Assembly (NCBI GenBank): GCA_013239625.1
Contig: MU053758.1
Span: 1,984,001 to 2,048,000, forward strand
Origin: Lama guanicoe
Lineage: Eukaryota
Length of the DNA: 64,000 nucleotides
Direction of reading: 5' to 3'
Position numbers and translations under genes: made by a program. Shown in pieces: positions 26,446 to 38,625 of this stretch (positions are counted from its first letter, which is position 1; every line of letters starts with the position of its first letter). The notes under the pieces were generated by a model, which saw only the letters and a list, made by a program, of their open reading frames with translations, ran no database searches and had not been told where the DNA came from.

Positions 26446-26749
26446 AAAAATAAGCACATTTTCCATTTTTGGTGCATTTTACCTTTCTGGTTTCCCAACT
26501 CTTAGTGAACAGTTTTTTAATATCTAAATTAATCTAACAGCCTAAATCAATTTTCTGTTGGTTCTTGATGGAGACAACACACAATTGACTTATATCTTTT
26601 ATGTAATTGAATGTAATTAAAACTAGTTCTAAATTTCCTTCTTTAGACAAAGTAATTTCCTTTCCAATATGATTTCTTAAGTGTTTCCAAATCCTATTGC
26701 ATCCTTCTGAGATATTTCTCCTCTTGATGTTGCTTTATTTTTGGCTGAT

Positions 26750-26895
26750 TTGTTTGTTTTTGTCGGGGGGATGTAATTAGTTTAATGTATTTTAAAATTA
26801 ATTTTTAATTTTTTTTTTACTGGAGGTACTGGGGATTGAACCCAGGACCTTTTACATGCTAAGCATGCACTCTACTGCTGAACTATACCCTTCCA
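26750..26895 (-). mobile_element. tRNA-derived SINE
   Basis: TSD atgttgctttattttt/atgttgctttattttg. Confidence 0.9.
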
Positions 26896-27568
26896 CAATG
26901 TTGCTTTATTTTGGTCTCTAAATCTGTTAACTTTTCTTATGACTAAATTATAATTGGTTGAGTTGAACTGAAATATAGTGATTTTGGTCCTTTCCTTTTA
27001 TGCATTTATTTCCTTAAATACTAAGAGTAAAGCCCAATGATTGATGACTTTTTAATCTTCTCTTTTGTCCTTTTTTACTGAAAAGATGGATATTTTCTTT
27101 TTGCTCTTTATTTTTTAAAGACTAGTCAACTGAATTGCAAAAATTGCTAGCAAAAACAATAAGACAGATTGAAGTGATTTGTATAGGGCAGTCAGGAAAA
27201 AATATACTAACAGAAGTAAAAGAAAATGTATAAACTAAGATTATGTGGGACCAGGGACTGTTACATAGGGTCCTTAGACTTTAACATGGTGACAAGATTT
27301 CATCCAGAAATAGGCTTTGGCAGGTGAATGGCGAGAAATTCTTCACTTTTCAATCAAGGACACAAAGGTCCAAGGAGTTAAGTGTCTTTCCCAAGGTTTT
27401 CAAGTCCTGCATCCTGGCTTGAAGCCAGTTTGAGTAATTACATTTGGGTCATGTCAAATTTTGCCTGAAAAAGTGCTATGTTAAACAGCCCACTATAAAA
27501 TATTGTGTATAGTATTTTACCATTTTAAAAGGAAAAAATGTATAGATAAGTGTATAAAATACTGAAAG

Positions 27569-28018
27569 TATGAGCAGATAGGGTAAGGGTGCTCTGAGAA
27601 AGAAAACCAGATATAGCTTATTGACATAAGAAAAGCCTCTTAGTCCTAAACCATTTTGTAATCTAAGCCTGGTCACAATGCTTGCCCTTGAACAGGTCTC
27701 AGTTATAATGATCAAAAGAACAAACTTTTATCAGACAAGAGAAGAAACAATAACAAAGATAATAAATCAGCTGTAAAGACTGCCAGTTCTATTTCAATGG
27801 TAACAATTAGCCTGAAGCACTTTCTCGAGCTGTTCTGCAGAATTCAAACCCCTCCAGAAAGCGCTCACCACCAGATCAACTGGAACCTAAGGGATGCTGC
27901 TGTCCTTTTCTAACCCACATGGCTTCAGTCGACTAAAGCAGTAAATTCTTCCTTCTTTGGCTTAGTTGTGTCTTAACTCTACGCTCACCAAGGAGGCAGA
28001 CCCAGTTTTCGGGTGACA
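27569..28018 (+). mobile_element. ERV solo LTR (family B, internally deleted copy)
   Basis: Colinear with 43270-43842 (ccagatcaactggaaccta, taagcctgg); ends gggtgaca. Confidence 0.75.
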
Positions 28019-28708
28019 GAAGGAACAGCACTAATAATATGTCAGCAGCAGTTATTTTTGCAAGGCAATATTAAGGGAGATTTAAGTAAGTTTTTTTTCC
28101 TTTAGTGCATTTCTGGGTTTTTCAAGCTCTTTGTATCGAGTCCACATTGTTTGCATTATTAGCAAAAATATTTAATATACACCTTGTTGTATATTACTGT
28201 ACCACAAACGGAAGAGAGGGAGAAGGGTTGGAAAGTAGGTTTGGATATTTTTTAGTGAGTGTCATAAACTGAAAGATAGCAATAAATAAATATACTCAAG
28301 TGGTTAAGCCAGTTGATGAGGTAGAAGGAACAAACAGCGCAGCCGTTAGTGTGCACTACCACCTTTTCCCAAAATCTTTTCCTGATCTTCTTTCAAAAGA
28401 AGCCCTCCTCCAAGATTAGTTTTTAGAAAGGTGTAGGATTCTGGTTTTACTACCCCTTAGATTGCCTCAAGCTCCAGGCAGCTATATAACAAAACCCTGA
28501 GATAGTGAGGACTCAGATATGAAGGACTGGCTATGACTCCCACCCTCTGAAGTCAACTCAGTTCTGATTGGCAATAATTTTTCTAAAAATTAAAGTACAG
28601 TTGATTTACAATATTGTGTTAGCTTCAGGTGTACAGTAAGTGATTCAGTTATATATACACATATATATATTTTGAATATTTGTCCCTTTATAGGTTATAC
28701 AAGATAAT

Positions 28709-28820
28709 GGGAGAGTGGCAGAGCACATGTTTAGCATGCCCAAGGTCCTGGGTTCAATTCCTATTACCTCTTAAAAAAATAACCTAATTACTTCCCTCAA
28801 AAAAAATCACAAAACAAAAC
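28709..28820 (+). mobile_element. tRNA-derived SINE
   Basis: TSD atacaagata; B box gggttcaattc. Confidence 0.8.
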
Positions 28821-29165
28821 AAAGATATGGAATACAAGATATTGATTATAGTTCCCTGTGCTAGACAGTCAATCCTTGTTGCTTATCTGTTTTATGTATA
28901 GTAGTGTGTATCTGTTAATCCCATATGGCGCCCCACCTTTCACCTTTGGTAACTGTGAATTTGTTTTCTATGTCTACAAGCCTTTCTGGTTTTGTATATA
29001 GATTCATTCACATTATTTTTTAGAGTCCACATATAAGTAATATCAAATACAATATATCTTACCCTGACCTACTTCACTTAGTATGATAATCTCTAGGCCC
29101 ATCCGTGTTGCTGCAAAAGGCAATATTTCACTCTTTATGGCTGAGTAATATTCCATTGTATATTT

Positions 29166-29772
29166 TGTGAAATAAAATTTATATTTTATGGCAAGACAAG
29201 AACAATTTAGGGTTTTTTGTTGGGAGGATAATCAGGTTTATTTATTTACTTACTTTTAGAGGTCGTACCGGGGACTGAACCCAAGACCCTGTGTATGCTA
29301 AGCATGACACCCTACTACTTGAGCTATACCCTCCCCCAACAGGAAAAATTTAAAGGCAAAAAATTCTTCTCTGCTCTTTGGCCTCCTCTCTCCCTGCACT
29401 GTGCATTGTGTATCTGCATAAGGCATCGACCAAACCTCCCCCATTGGCAGTAATACTTGCTTAACCATAAAGAGCAACATTCTTCTAGCATCAGAAAGAC
29501 TAATCCTTTAAAGATAACATTCCTTCTTGATATTGTAAGGGATCACATGACCCACCAGGATGAGGCTTAGATCTGGATTAAGTAAACTGTAAATAATACC
29601 TCATTTGATGTATGGCCCTCTGTCTCAAAAAATTTATATAACTGCCTTGACTTCTAACTGGTAGAACAGTTCTGAGTACTTTCTGAGATGCTCTTCCCAG
29701 ATTATAATCAGCAAATTTGGCTCGAATAAAATTTTTTATCTTTCTTAGATTGATTAATTTTTTTTGTCAACA
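29166..29772 (+). mobile_element. ERV solo LTR (family A, copy 2) containing a SINE at ~29213-29337
   Basis: TG...CA, AATAAA ~29725; homologous to 25473-25888. Confidence 0.8.
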
Positions 29773-30289
29773 GTATAGACCACATCTTCTTTATCCATTC
29801 ATCTGTTGGTGGACACTTAAGTTGTTTCCATGTCATGGCTATTGTAAATAGTGCTGCTTTGAACATTGACGTGCATGTATCTTTTCAAATTACAGTTTTC
29901 TCCAGATATATGCCTGCTAATGGGGTTGCTGGATCGTATAGCAACTCTATTTTTAGTTATTAAAGGAACTTCCATACTGTTTTCTATAGTGACTGCACCA
30001 ATTTACATTCGACCAATAGTGTAGGAGGGCTCTCTTTTCTCCACACCCTCTCCAGCATTTATTATTTATAGACTTTTTAATGATAGCCATTCTGACTGAT
30101 GTGAGGTGATACCTCATTGTGGTTTTGATTTGCATTTCTCTAATAATTAGTGATGTTGAGCATCTTTTCATGTCCTACTGGCAATAAATTTAATTCCATA
30201 TTTTATATTTTATGATTGAATTATTTTGGACTACACTTTTAGCAGTATGTTGGGAAACCTGGAAAATGGTTCTAATTGTTTTAAAAATT

Positions 30290-31410
30290 AAGCCACAAAC
30301 TGGGAGCAAATATTTGCAAAGGACATGTCTGATAAAGGATTGTTATCCAAAATATACTAAGAGCTCTTAAAACTCAACTGTAAGAAAATGAACAACCCAA
30401 TTAAACAATGAGCCAAAGACTTGAACAGACACCTCACCAAAGAAAATATACAGATGGCAAATAAGCTATGAAAAATGCCACACATCATATGTCTTTAGGG
30501 AAGTGCAAATTTAAGCCACAATGAGATCCCATTACATACCTGTTAGAATGGCCAAATTCCAAAATACTGACAACACCAAATGCTGGTGATGGTGTGGAGC
30601 AATAGAAACTGTCACTTATTGCTGGTGGGAATGCAGTGGTACAGCCACTTTGGGAGACAGTTTGGCAATTTTATACAAAACTGAACATATTCTTACCATA
30701 TGATCCAACAATCATGCTCTTTAGTATTTACCCAGAGGAGCTGAAAACTTACGTCCACACAAAAACCCGCACATGGATGTTTATAGCAGCTTTATTCGTA
30801 ACTGCCAAAACTTAGATGCAATCATGTCCTTCAGTAGGTGATAGATAAATAAACTGTAGTATATCCAGACAATGGAATATTCAGTGCTAAAAAGAAATGA
30901 GCTATCAAGCCACAAAAAACATGGAAGAACCTTAAACACATGTTGCTAAGTGAAAGAAGCCAATCTGAAAAGGCTACATACTATATCATTTCAACTATAT
31001 GACATGTGGAAAAAAGCAAAACTATGAAGACAATACAAATATCAGTGGTTGCCAGGGGCTACAGAGAAGGGAGGAATGAACAGGCAGAGCACAGAGGATT
31101 TTCAGGGCAGGGAAACTATGCTGTTATGATACCATATTACTGGATACATGTCATTATCCATTTGTCAAAACCCATAGAATGTACAACACCAAAAGTGAAA
31201 CCCAGTGTAAACTATGGACTTTGGGTCACAATGATGTTCCTATCAGGATTAACAAATGTCACATTCTGGTGGGGGATGTTGATACTGGGGGATGTTGTGT
31301 GTGTGGGAGAGGGCAGGAGATACATGGAAAATCTCTGTACCTTCCACTCAATTTTACTGTGAACCTAAAACTGCCATAAAAAAATAAATTCTGTATGTAA
31401 AAAAAAAAAA
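30290..31410 (+). mobile_element. Old L1 3' fragment (ORF2 end, 3' UTR, A tail)
   Basis: caacaccaaatgctgg...gctggtgggaatgcagtggtacagccactttgg... Confidence 0.88.
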
Positions 31411-31479
31411 GTTAAGGCCAGCAGTTAGTCTTTAATTTAGGAATATTTTTCCAGTTAAAAAAAAAAACCTAGATTTTCC

Positions 31480-31621
31480 TTGCAAGCCAAGGAGAGAAAG
31501 GACCCAGAGGAGATGAACAGTGTCGGTACTTTTATCTTGGACTTCCAGCCTCCAGAATTGTGAGAAATAAATTCTGTTGCTGAAGACAAAAAAAAAAAAA
31601 AAGAAGAAGGAAAAAAGAAAG
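31480..31621 (+). other. Retroposed polyadenylated MaLR-LTR fragment with TSD
   Basis: TSD aaacctaga(t/c)tttcc; AATAAA at 31566; poly(A) from 31588. Confidence 0.75.
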
Positions 31622-32125
31622 AAACCTAGACTTTCCAGATATGAAGGAGTCAGATTAAGAAAAAAAAAAGGTACCTGTATTCCAAGTTGCGTGTGAGTGT
31701 AAGTACCTTTGTCTTTTAGAAGACAAAAATTAAATGTTTCAAAAATCTTTAAAAGATTCTTTAAGAAAAATATTTATTTTCTGTTCTATTGAGTACTTCT
31801 TATCAGACCTCATGAATGTAACATGAGCAGCAATTATTTTAAAGCAAATTCTGTGTGAGTAGATTTGGCAGGATGGTCATTGCAAACACTGGACAAGTAT
31901 GGAAAATACTCCCCTGTGGGAAAAACTGCTAAAAGATTAGTTTCCAGATGGTCAACTCAGATGGCTTGACTTATTTGGAATGTTTTACAAACTAAAAATA
32001 CTGAAACTGGGAAAACTCAGAAATCTATAATTCTCATCAATTAAAATTACAAGTCACAAGATCTGAAGGTCGGAATGGTTACTGAATAGAGGGCCTCTCA
32101 AGCAGAAATGGGTGCCTTAATTTTT

Positions 32126-32140
32126 CCAGCAGGTGGCAGC
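32126..32140 (+). promoter_or_regulatory. CTCF consensus motif
   Basis: CCAGCAGGTGGCAGC. Confidence 0.5.
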
Positions 32141-32387
32141 AGAGAGCTGTATACAATTTAGTATGTTTTCTCAAGAGAGTGGAAGTCTTAAAGGTAGGGA
32201 ATTAGAAATCACTTTATCTGTCACTGAACACCCTCAGTTTACAGATGAAGAAACTGATTTCCAAGGAGATTACCTGAACTTCTTAAGGCAAAACTCTTCA
32301 TTAAAATAAATTCTTTGAAACATATCTGGCTATGCAAATTTCTCTTGTAGTTACATTAGACTCAAAGCAGACAAATTTTAAAAAATG

Positions 32388-32527
32388 GTTTTTGGGGGGG
32401 AGGTCATTAGTCTATTTATTTATTGATTATATTATTAGATTTTTTTTTAATAGCGGTACTGGGGATTGAGCCCAGGACTTTGTGCATGCTAAGCATGTGC
32501 TCTACCATTTGAGCTATACCTTCCCCC
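32388..32527 (-). mobile_element. tRNA-derived SINE
   Basis: TSD aaagcagacaaattt. Confidence 0.9.
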
Positions 32528-33579
32528 AAAGCAGACAAATTTGATATGAAAAATACAATATGTCACATGTAATATTAAGATGATAGAAAGCCTTTGGAGT
32601 ATTCCCAGAACTCTTTCATTTTTTGATTAGAACTTAAAAAAAAAAGGCCATCTGAAAGCTTTCTGATGGGAGGTGCACTGACAGGGGAAAAGTACAGATT
32701 TGGGAAACAAATCCATCCATCAACTCATCCATCTCATGCCTTCTGTCTTTTTAAAGGCTTCTGATTTATTATAAAATGAAGAAACACCAAAGCAGTGTTA
32801 TACAATTAGTGGTAAATTTTTAAATATTTACATTTAATAAGTTAGAATGGCAAACCAAGAAATATATTGCAATATAACTGTGTTGGTCGGAAGCTAATGG
32901 TGGGAAGCACGGTCTGGTATTGGGACACACACTTCAAACTGCACAACAAATGTCTTTTTAAAATCTTGTTTGTGTGCCTTTGTGACTGTATTGTAATCTC
33001 ACTTGGTAAGATGAAGTCAAAATCTAAATTTGAGGTCCTATGTGAGGGCTCAGCTAAATGGCCCTCTGCCCCATCGCTCCCCATGATAAGCCCTACTCAC
33101 TTTCTAATATAATAGTAGAGATACTTGGTACTTTATCCTAGAAGAAGGTTTCCTTTGTCGAATATGATAGGATCTTTTATGTGGTTGTATTTTATGTATT
33201 ATTACTTTGTTGATGTTAGGAAAAAGACAAAAAAAGCTGATGGGCTGAATGCAACCAAAGGGCACAGTGGCCCAATTTCTACCCTGTAAGGACCTGGAGG
33301 AGCCACAGCAAAACTTTAATATACCCCAACGGAGGGCACGCTCTCCTTTTAACTACTTGCATAAAGAAGATTTATAGTTTCTTATGTACTAAAGGTGTCT
33401 GTTCATCGCATCACAAACACTTTTTTCAGACCACTGTGGTCATCCCATGACACCACAAAGATATGAGGAAAGAAGTAGCCTAGACAAATCTAATTAAGTA
33501 GCTGTTCTCAGTGTCTGACACTGTGCCTGATTTACAAATAAAGCCAAAAAACACATATTGTTAGGGTTCTCTTTTTAAA

Positions 33580-35625
33580 TTACATTTATTAAATATTGGA
33601 TAACTTTAAAAGAATATTTGTAAAATATGTGTAAGGAATAAAGAAAGAATCATGGTATCATGGACTCCTGTGTATACCCCACCACTCGGTTGTAGGAGAA
33701 AAAAAAAACACCCAACAACCATCATCACGACCTCTGAAGTCCCGTAGGGTCCTCTCCCAGTTCCCCCTCCCTCCTCCTCCCCCTCAGAGGTAAACATTAT
33801 CTTGAATTTGTGTTTACACATTCCCTTGCTTCTCATTATAGTTTTAACCACATACGTTATATTCCTAATATTTATATGTATATATTGCTTAAAATTTTAA
33901 GAGAAATATGGCATGCATACAAAATCACACATGAAATCATATGTTTTGTTTAAAAAACAATAAAATGAATACCTGTGAATCTGTTACCAGGCTAAGATAA
34001 AACACTATCAGGCTCCATGTCTACTGCCTTCCAATTACATCCTTTTTCTTCATCCTGGAGGTGAATATTATCTAGAATTTTATATTAACCATTTTTTGTT
34101 GTGATAAATATACATAACTCTTACCACTTCAACCATTTTAAAATGTGCAATTCAGGGTATTAAGTATATTCACATTGTTGTGCAACCATCACCACCATCC
34201 AACTGCACAACTTTTTTATATTCCCAACTGAAACTCTGTGCCCATTAACACTAATTCACCATTCCCTCCTCCCCCTAGATCCTGGCAGCCACAACTCCAC
34301 TTTCTTTCTCTAGGAGTTTGACTATTCTAGTACCTCATATAAGTGGAATAAGCACACAATATTTGTCCTTTTCTGACTGGCTTATTTATTTATGTTATAT
34401 ATATATATTCTTTTTCTTATACTTTTTCATTTAGATACTACGAGATACTGAATATAGTTCCTGATGCTATACAGTAGAAATTTGTTGTTTATCTCTTTTA
34501 TATATAATAGTATATGTAAATTCAAAACTCCAAACTCCCCATTTATCCCTCTCCCTATCCCCCTATTGGCTTATTTAATTTAGCCTAAAGTTTTTGAGCT
34601 TCATCCATGTTGTAACATGTGTCAGAATTTCCTTCCTTTAAAAAAAAAGGCTTAAATTAATCTGTGAAATGGGATTGCATTTGACTCTATAGATCAATTT
34701 GACTTTTTGTTTTGGTTTTGGGCTTTTTTTTAATTAATTTTTAAAAAATTATTGAAGTATAGTCAATTTACAATGTTGTGTCAATTTCTGGCCTGACATT
34801 TTTATCCATGTGAGTCTTGCAGTCTATGAACATAGTAAAGCCCTCCGTTTATCTTAGTATTCTCTAATATCTCTTAATAAAACTTTATAATTTCCCCCCA
34901 CAGAGATCTGGCACGTCTTTTGTTAGATTTATTTCTAGGTACTTTATATTTTTTAATTGTATTATAAATAATATCTCTTTAAAGTACATTTTCTACTAGT
35001 AGTTGGTGTATAGAAATGTACTTGATTTTCATTTATTGATTTTCTAATACACATGCTTGCTAAATTCTCGTATTAATTCTATGAATAGATCTGTATATCC
35101 TTGAAGATTTTCATTGCAAATAATCATATCATCTATGAATGACAGTTTTGTTTCTCAGTACATTTTTTTGTACTTGCTCGTACTCTGATGGTCTCCAGTA
35201 CCATATCGAAAATCAGCCATTCTTGTCTTGTTTCCAGTCTTAAAGGAAGTGATTTTTATGTATCATTATATTTGCTAATACTTTTTCTTTTTTAAAATCG
35301 TGAATGTATGTTCAATTTTGTCAAAGACCTTTTTCCCTTACTCAGTTAATGTGGTAAATTTCACTACTTGGTTTTCCTTTTTGATAACTTTGCATTATGA
35401 AAAATTTCCAATGTACATAAAAGCTGAAAGAATAGTACAATGAACACACATATGCCTATGACTTAGGAACAAAAACTGTTAATATTTTACTATTTTTGCT
35501 TTATGTATCATTTATATATATGTGTATATTTTTTCTTAACTGTTTGAAGATAACTTATAAATATCACCACACACCTCCCATGAAATACTTCAGCATGTAG
35601 CTTCTAAACATAAGGACATTTTCCT
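33580..35625 (-). mobile_element. Cluster of nested old L1 fragments
   Basis: cacattgttgtgcaaccatcaccaccatcc, ctctatagatcaattt and similar motifs. Confidence 0.75.
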
Positions 35626-35629
35626 GAGC

Positions 35630-35672
35630 TTTTTGTTTTTTGGCGGGGAAGTAATTAGGTTTACTTTATTTT
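35630..35672 (-). mobile_element. 3' tail half of the split SINE
   Basis: ttttgttttttggcggggaagtaattaggtttac matches the tails of intact copies such as 57804-57850. Confidence 0.85.
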
Positions 35673-35791
35673 CTATCTTAGCAACATTTAGATGGAAATC
35701 AAATTTAAATTCAGTTCACTCTGCTTGGTTCAGCTCCCAAATCTCGATTGTTTGGCGCAGTCTCCTATAAGAATACTCAGAAGGTGTCTTC

Positions 35792-36442
35792 TTATACAAC
35801 AAACCTATTTTTAGTGGTAGAGCCCCTCTTAGTAGCTCTGTCTGCATGGGACTGATAACCAATCACTATCTTTGGAGGAAGTCCTAACCTTTTCTTGTAT
35901 ACCCTCCCTATATATGTAACAGCGTCTCCGTTTTCACAGTCAGTAGTCCATATTGCTATCTTATCACCTTTAGCTCTAACACTAGCAACAGCTCCACATA
36001 CATCATCACTGTAGTCATCAAAAGATTCTCCAATAAGGCACAGCAGTGTCTCTAGCCAAAAGCGATCCAAGTAACTTCGTCTCTGCCGTTTGTTCAATGT
36101 AATTAGCCATTGTCCTCCTCGGTGATTTTTCTCATCTTCCCACATGGGCTCAATACCATCCTTAAAAAGTGAGTAGTCACAGCCAGGCATTAAATTACTA
36201 GACAACTGGATATGGTTGTACAGAGCCCAAAAGTCTTCAACAGTATCGACCTTAGAGATCAGCTGAAGGTTTGCTTGCCAAGTTTTGCTTTTATCATTTT
36301 TGAAAAACCAGAGTGCCCATCTGTTCTGTAAAGGATGTTTAATATAGTGTTTTGGGTTAGCAACCTCCTGATTAGCTGTTTTCTCTTCTTCTGTAGGCGG
36401 AGAACTAGGAGTAGGGGTGGTTTCTAGTTCCACAGTCTCCAT
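35792..36442 (-). pseudogene. EIF4E: Intronless EIF4E retrocopy with intact 216-aa ORF (retrogene or young processed pseudogene)
   Basis: METVELETTPTP...HPLQNRWALWFFKNDKSKTW...GIEPMWEDEKN...GSTTKNRFVV*. No introns; ~120 nt of EIF4E-type 3' UTR down to ~35674. Confidence 0.95.
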
Positions 36443-36857
36443 CTTAAGATTGATCTGATCCCACAACCGCTCCTGAAGTGGGGGGAGGCGGGGGAGGAAA
36501 AAATGAGATTCAAACCGGATTGGCCGACTACTGTTCACGTGTCCGACGTGTCCGTTTGGCCCTGGCGGCGCCTGTGCAAGACTGCAGGCTGCGTGTGTAA
36601 CAGGAGGCTTCTGGGGAGTCTCTCTCTCTCTTTTTTTAAAGGTAGAGATGTTAAAAAAAAAAAAAAAAAATAAGGACTGGTCACGTGGTGGAGGGGTACG
36701 TTGAACGGTTCTCCGAGCGGCGGACGGTCGCGTGCTGGAGGGTGGTTTTCAGTCCTTTGCTCTTCCGCCTGGATAACTGCTGTAACACTTACTAGCAGGC
36801 ATGACCCCTGTGCTCTTTGTTGCCTTGTCCTCCCATCTTCGCTGGAAGATTGGGAAC

Positions 36858-36950
36858 TTTTATTTATTATTTTTAACGGCAGTGCTGGGGATTGAACCCA
36901 GTACCTCATGCATGCTAAGCACATTTTCTACCGCTGAGCTGTATCCTCCC
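36858..36950 (-). mobile_element. 5' (tRNA-like) half of the split SINE
   Basis: gtgctggggattgaaccca...gctgagctgtatcctcccc; lacks its own taattagg tail. Confidence 0.88.
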
Positions 36951-37659
36951 CATTAGGACAGTTTCGTACAAAAGCATAGCAAATTATCACACCAAAGAAA
37001 ATGAAGAAGTAATTTATTTCTTAATATTAAATCTGCGAGGCATTCCTGGGGTAAATCCAACTTGATGATAATGTATTATCCTTTTAAACATTGCTGAATT
37101 CAGTTTGCTAGTAGTTTACTTGTGATACTCGCATTTATGTTCGTGAGTGCACCTGGTATATAATTTTCTTTTCCGTGCTGTCCTTGTAACGTTTTGGAAT
37201 GTCGCTTTGGCATTGTTTTTTTATTTAATTAATTCCATTTCAATTTAAATTAATTTAATGTGTCCATTAAATGAAGCTTGGTAACTGTGCTATTCAAATT
37301 TCATAAATCCTTACTGATTTTGTTTTGTTTTTTCCCTTGCTTGGTTTATCGATCACTTGAGGATATTACTGTCTCCCGTTATGATGATGGATTTTCAGTC
37401 TGATCTTTTAGTCTGTCAGTTTTTGCAGTCTATTTTTCATCATTATATAGTAAATTCTTCATATCTAATAATACTTTTTGCTTTCAAGTACATTTTGTCT
37501 GTTACTTACATAGTATATCAGCTTTCTTTTACTTAGTATTTACTTGGTGTGTTTTTTCTGTTTTTTCCACTCTTGATTTCAACCTCTGATTCATTTCTTA
37601 TATTCTAGATGGATTTTTAATAAACTGTATAAAGCTGGATTTTTCACTGCTCTGACAAT

Positions 37660-38625
37660 CTTTTTTTTAATTGAAGTATAGTTGATTTACAATGTTGTGC
37701 TTGTTTCTGATGTACAACAAAGTAATTCAGTTATACATATATATATCCTTTTTCATATTCTTTTCCATTATAGTTAATTATAGGATATTGAATATAGTTC
37801 CCTGTGTATGAGACCTTGTTCTTTATCTGTTTTATATATAGTAGTTTGTATCTGCTAATTCCAAACTCCTAATTTATCCCTCCTCGACCCCCTTTCCCCT
37901 TGGTAACCGTAAGTTTATTTTCTGTCTGAATCTGTTTTTGTTTTGTAAGTTCATTTTTATATTTTAGATTCCATATATAAGTGGTATCATATAATATTTG
38001 TCTTTCTCTGACTTATTTCACTTAGTATGATAATCTCTGGATAGATCTGTGTACCTGCAAATGGCATTATTTCATTCTTATTTCATACTTTTTTATGGCT
38101 GAGTAATATACCATCGTATATATATACCACATCTTTATCCATTCATCTTAGTTTGCTTTCATATCTCAGCTATTGTAAATAGTGCTTGAATATTGGGGGT
38201 GCATGTATCTTTTCAAATTAGAGTTTTCTCCAGATGTATGCCCACTAATGGGATTGCTGGGTCATATGGCAACTCTATTTTTATTTTTTTAAGGGACTTC
38301 CATACTATTTACATAGTGGCTGCACCAGTTTACATTCCCACCAACAGTGTAAGGTTCCCTTTCCCACACCCTCTCCAGCATTTGTTATTTGTAGACGTTT
38401 TAATGATGACCATTCTGACTAGTGTAAGGTGATACCTCATTGTAGTTTTGATTTGCATTTCTCTAATAATTAGTGATGTTGAGTATCTTTTCATGTGCCT
38501 ATTGGCCATCTGCATGTCTTCTTTAGAGAAATGTCTATTTAGGACTTCGGCCCATTTTTTGATTGGGTTGTTTTCTGTTGTTGTTATTGAGTTGTAGCAG
38601 TTGTATATTTTGGAAAGTAAGCTTT
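37660..38625 (-). mobile_element. 5'-truncated L1 (ORF2 C-terminus and 3' UTR)
   Basis: [44 protein letters not shown]; flanking ctctgaca(a/g)tctt repeats. Confidence 0.92.

Larger units (their letters stand above)
28580..30175 (-). mobile_element. L1 3' fragment interrupted by a SINE and an LTR
   Basis: ORF2 C-terminal peptide [33 protein letters not shown] on the minus strand. Confidence 0.9.

Noticed and set aside
25473..29772. Provirus bounded by the two family-A LTRs
   Set aside because: The intervening DNA is L1, MaLR, SINE and another LTR, with no gag/pol; copy 2 is independently inserted in an L1
36443..36538. 32-aa N-terminal extension of EIF4E in the ORF track (248 aa)
   Set aside because: Starts at a GTG within the E-box; the ATG at 36442 matches the canonical EIF4E start
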